A stretch of 64,000 bases of DNA from Camelus ferus. Taxonomy: Eukaryota. Below, in pieces: positions 63,393-64,000 of the stretch. The number at the start of each line of letters is the position of its first letter. Positions within the stretch are counted from its first letter, which is position 1. The notes beneath the pieces are model-generated. The model was given only the letters and a program-made list of their open reading frames with translations, did not search any database and was not told the DNA's origin. The position numbers were made by a program, and so were the translations under genes. Location: contig NC_045698.1 in assembly GCF_009834535.1 (NCBI RefSeq), positions 6,016,001 through 6,080,000 of the forward strand, read 5' to 3'.

Positions 63393-64000
63393 CACCGATT
63401 TACATTCCCACTAAACCTTTATGTTTTTTCCCTTTTCTCCACATCCTCGCCAGCATTTGTTATTTGTGGTCTTATTGATGATGGTCATTCTGACATGTGT
63501 GAGGTGATATCTCACTTTGGTTTTGATTTGCATTTCCCTGATGATTAGCGGTGCTTAGCATCTTTTCATGTGCCCATTGGCCATCTGCATTTCCTCTTTG
63601 GAAAAATGTCTACTCAGTTCTTCTACTTATTTTGTAATTGGATTGTTTGCTTTTTTGATGTTAAGTTGTATGAGCTGTTCATATATGCTGGGTATTACTC
63701 CCTTATCCCAATGTAAATTGGTGTAGCCACTGTGGAGAACAGTATGGAGGTTTCTCAAAAAACTAAAAGTAGAACTACCATATGACCCAGTAATTCCACT
63801 CCTGGGCATATATCCCTAAAAAAACCTAGAAACACTAATTCAAAAGATATGTACACTCTAATGTTTATAGAAGCATTATTTATGATATGGAGCAACCTAA
63901 GGGTCCATCAACAGATGAATAGATAACAATGATGTCACATATATATATATATGTATAATAGAATACTACTCAGCCATAAAAAGGACGAAATTTTGCCATT
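63393..64000. mobile_element. Young L1 with 5' inversion (antisense 63393-63708, sense 63710 to window end)
   Basis: Antisense ORF2 motifs switch abruptly to sense aatgtaaattggtgtagccactgtggagaacagtatggagg. A 14-nt overlap is shared between the two segments. Confidence 0.92.

Noticed and set aside
162..63809. All ORFs in the supplied track as protein-coding genes
   Set aside because: They are 60-143 aa, often start at non-ATG codons, overlap on both strands, contain no recognisable domains, and many lie inside LTR, L1 or L2 repeats.

Overview
This is eutherian mammal genomic DNA. It is AT-rich, depleted of CpG and dense in repeats, and looks intronic or intergenic. It is not prokaryotic, and I see no operons, CRISPR arrays, rRNA or tRNA genes. 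No protein-coding gene can be supported: the ORF track is short, overlapping and often derived from repeats. The window is a patchwork of old eutherian repeats (L2, MIR, old L1M, HAL1, MLT1/MLT2/MER68 LTRs, MER20/MER45/MER47/MER81/MER91/MER94/MER2-type DNA transposons), a few young L1 insertions and one clean solo LTR. The young L1 3' ends and the lack of Alu, Bov-A, PRE-1 or CAN SINEs suggest a camelid (inference). A small CpG island at about 16.2-16.5 kb has promoter and first-exon features, and a few isolated exon-like segments occur elsewhere. The most unusual structure is a ~190-bp L1 insertion at 8569-8759 with an 18-bp target-site duplication (TSD), which contains an inverted 77-bp copy of DNA lying ~270 bp downstream. 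I found no convincing novel gene system. Repeat family names come from my recollection of consensus sequences, not from a search, and boundaries of old repeats are approximate.
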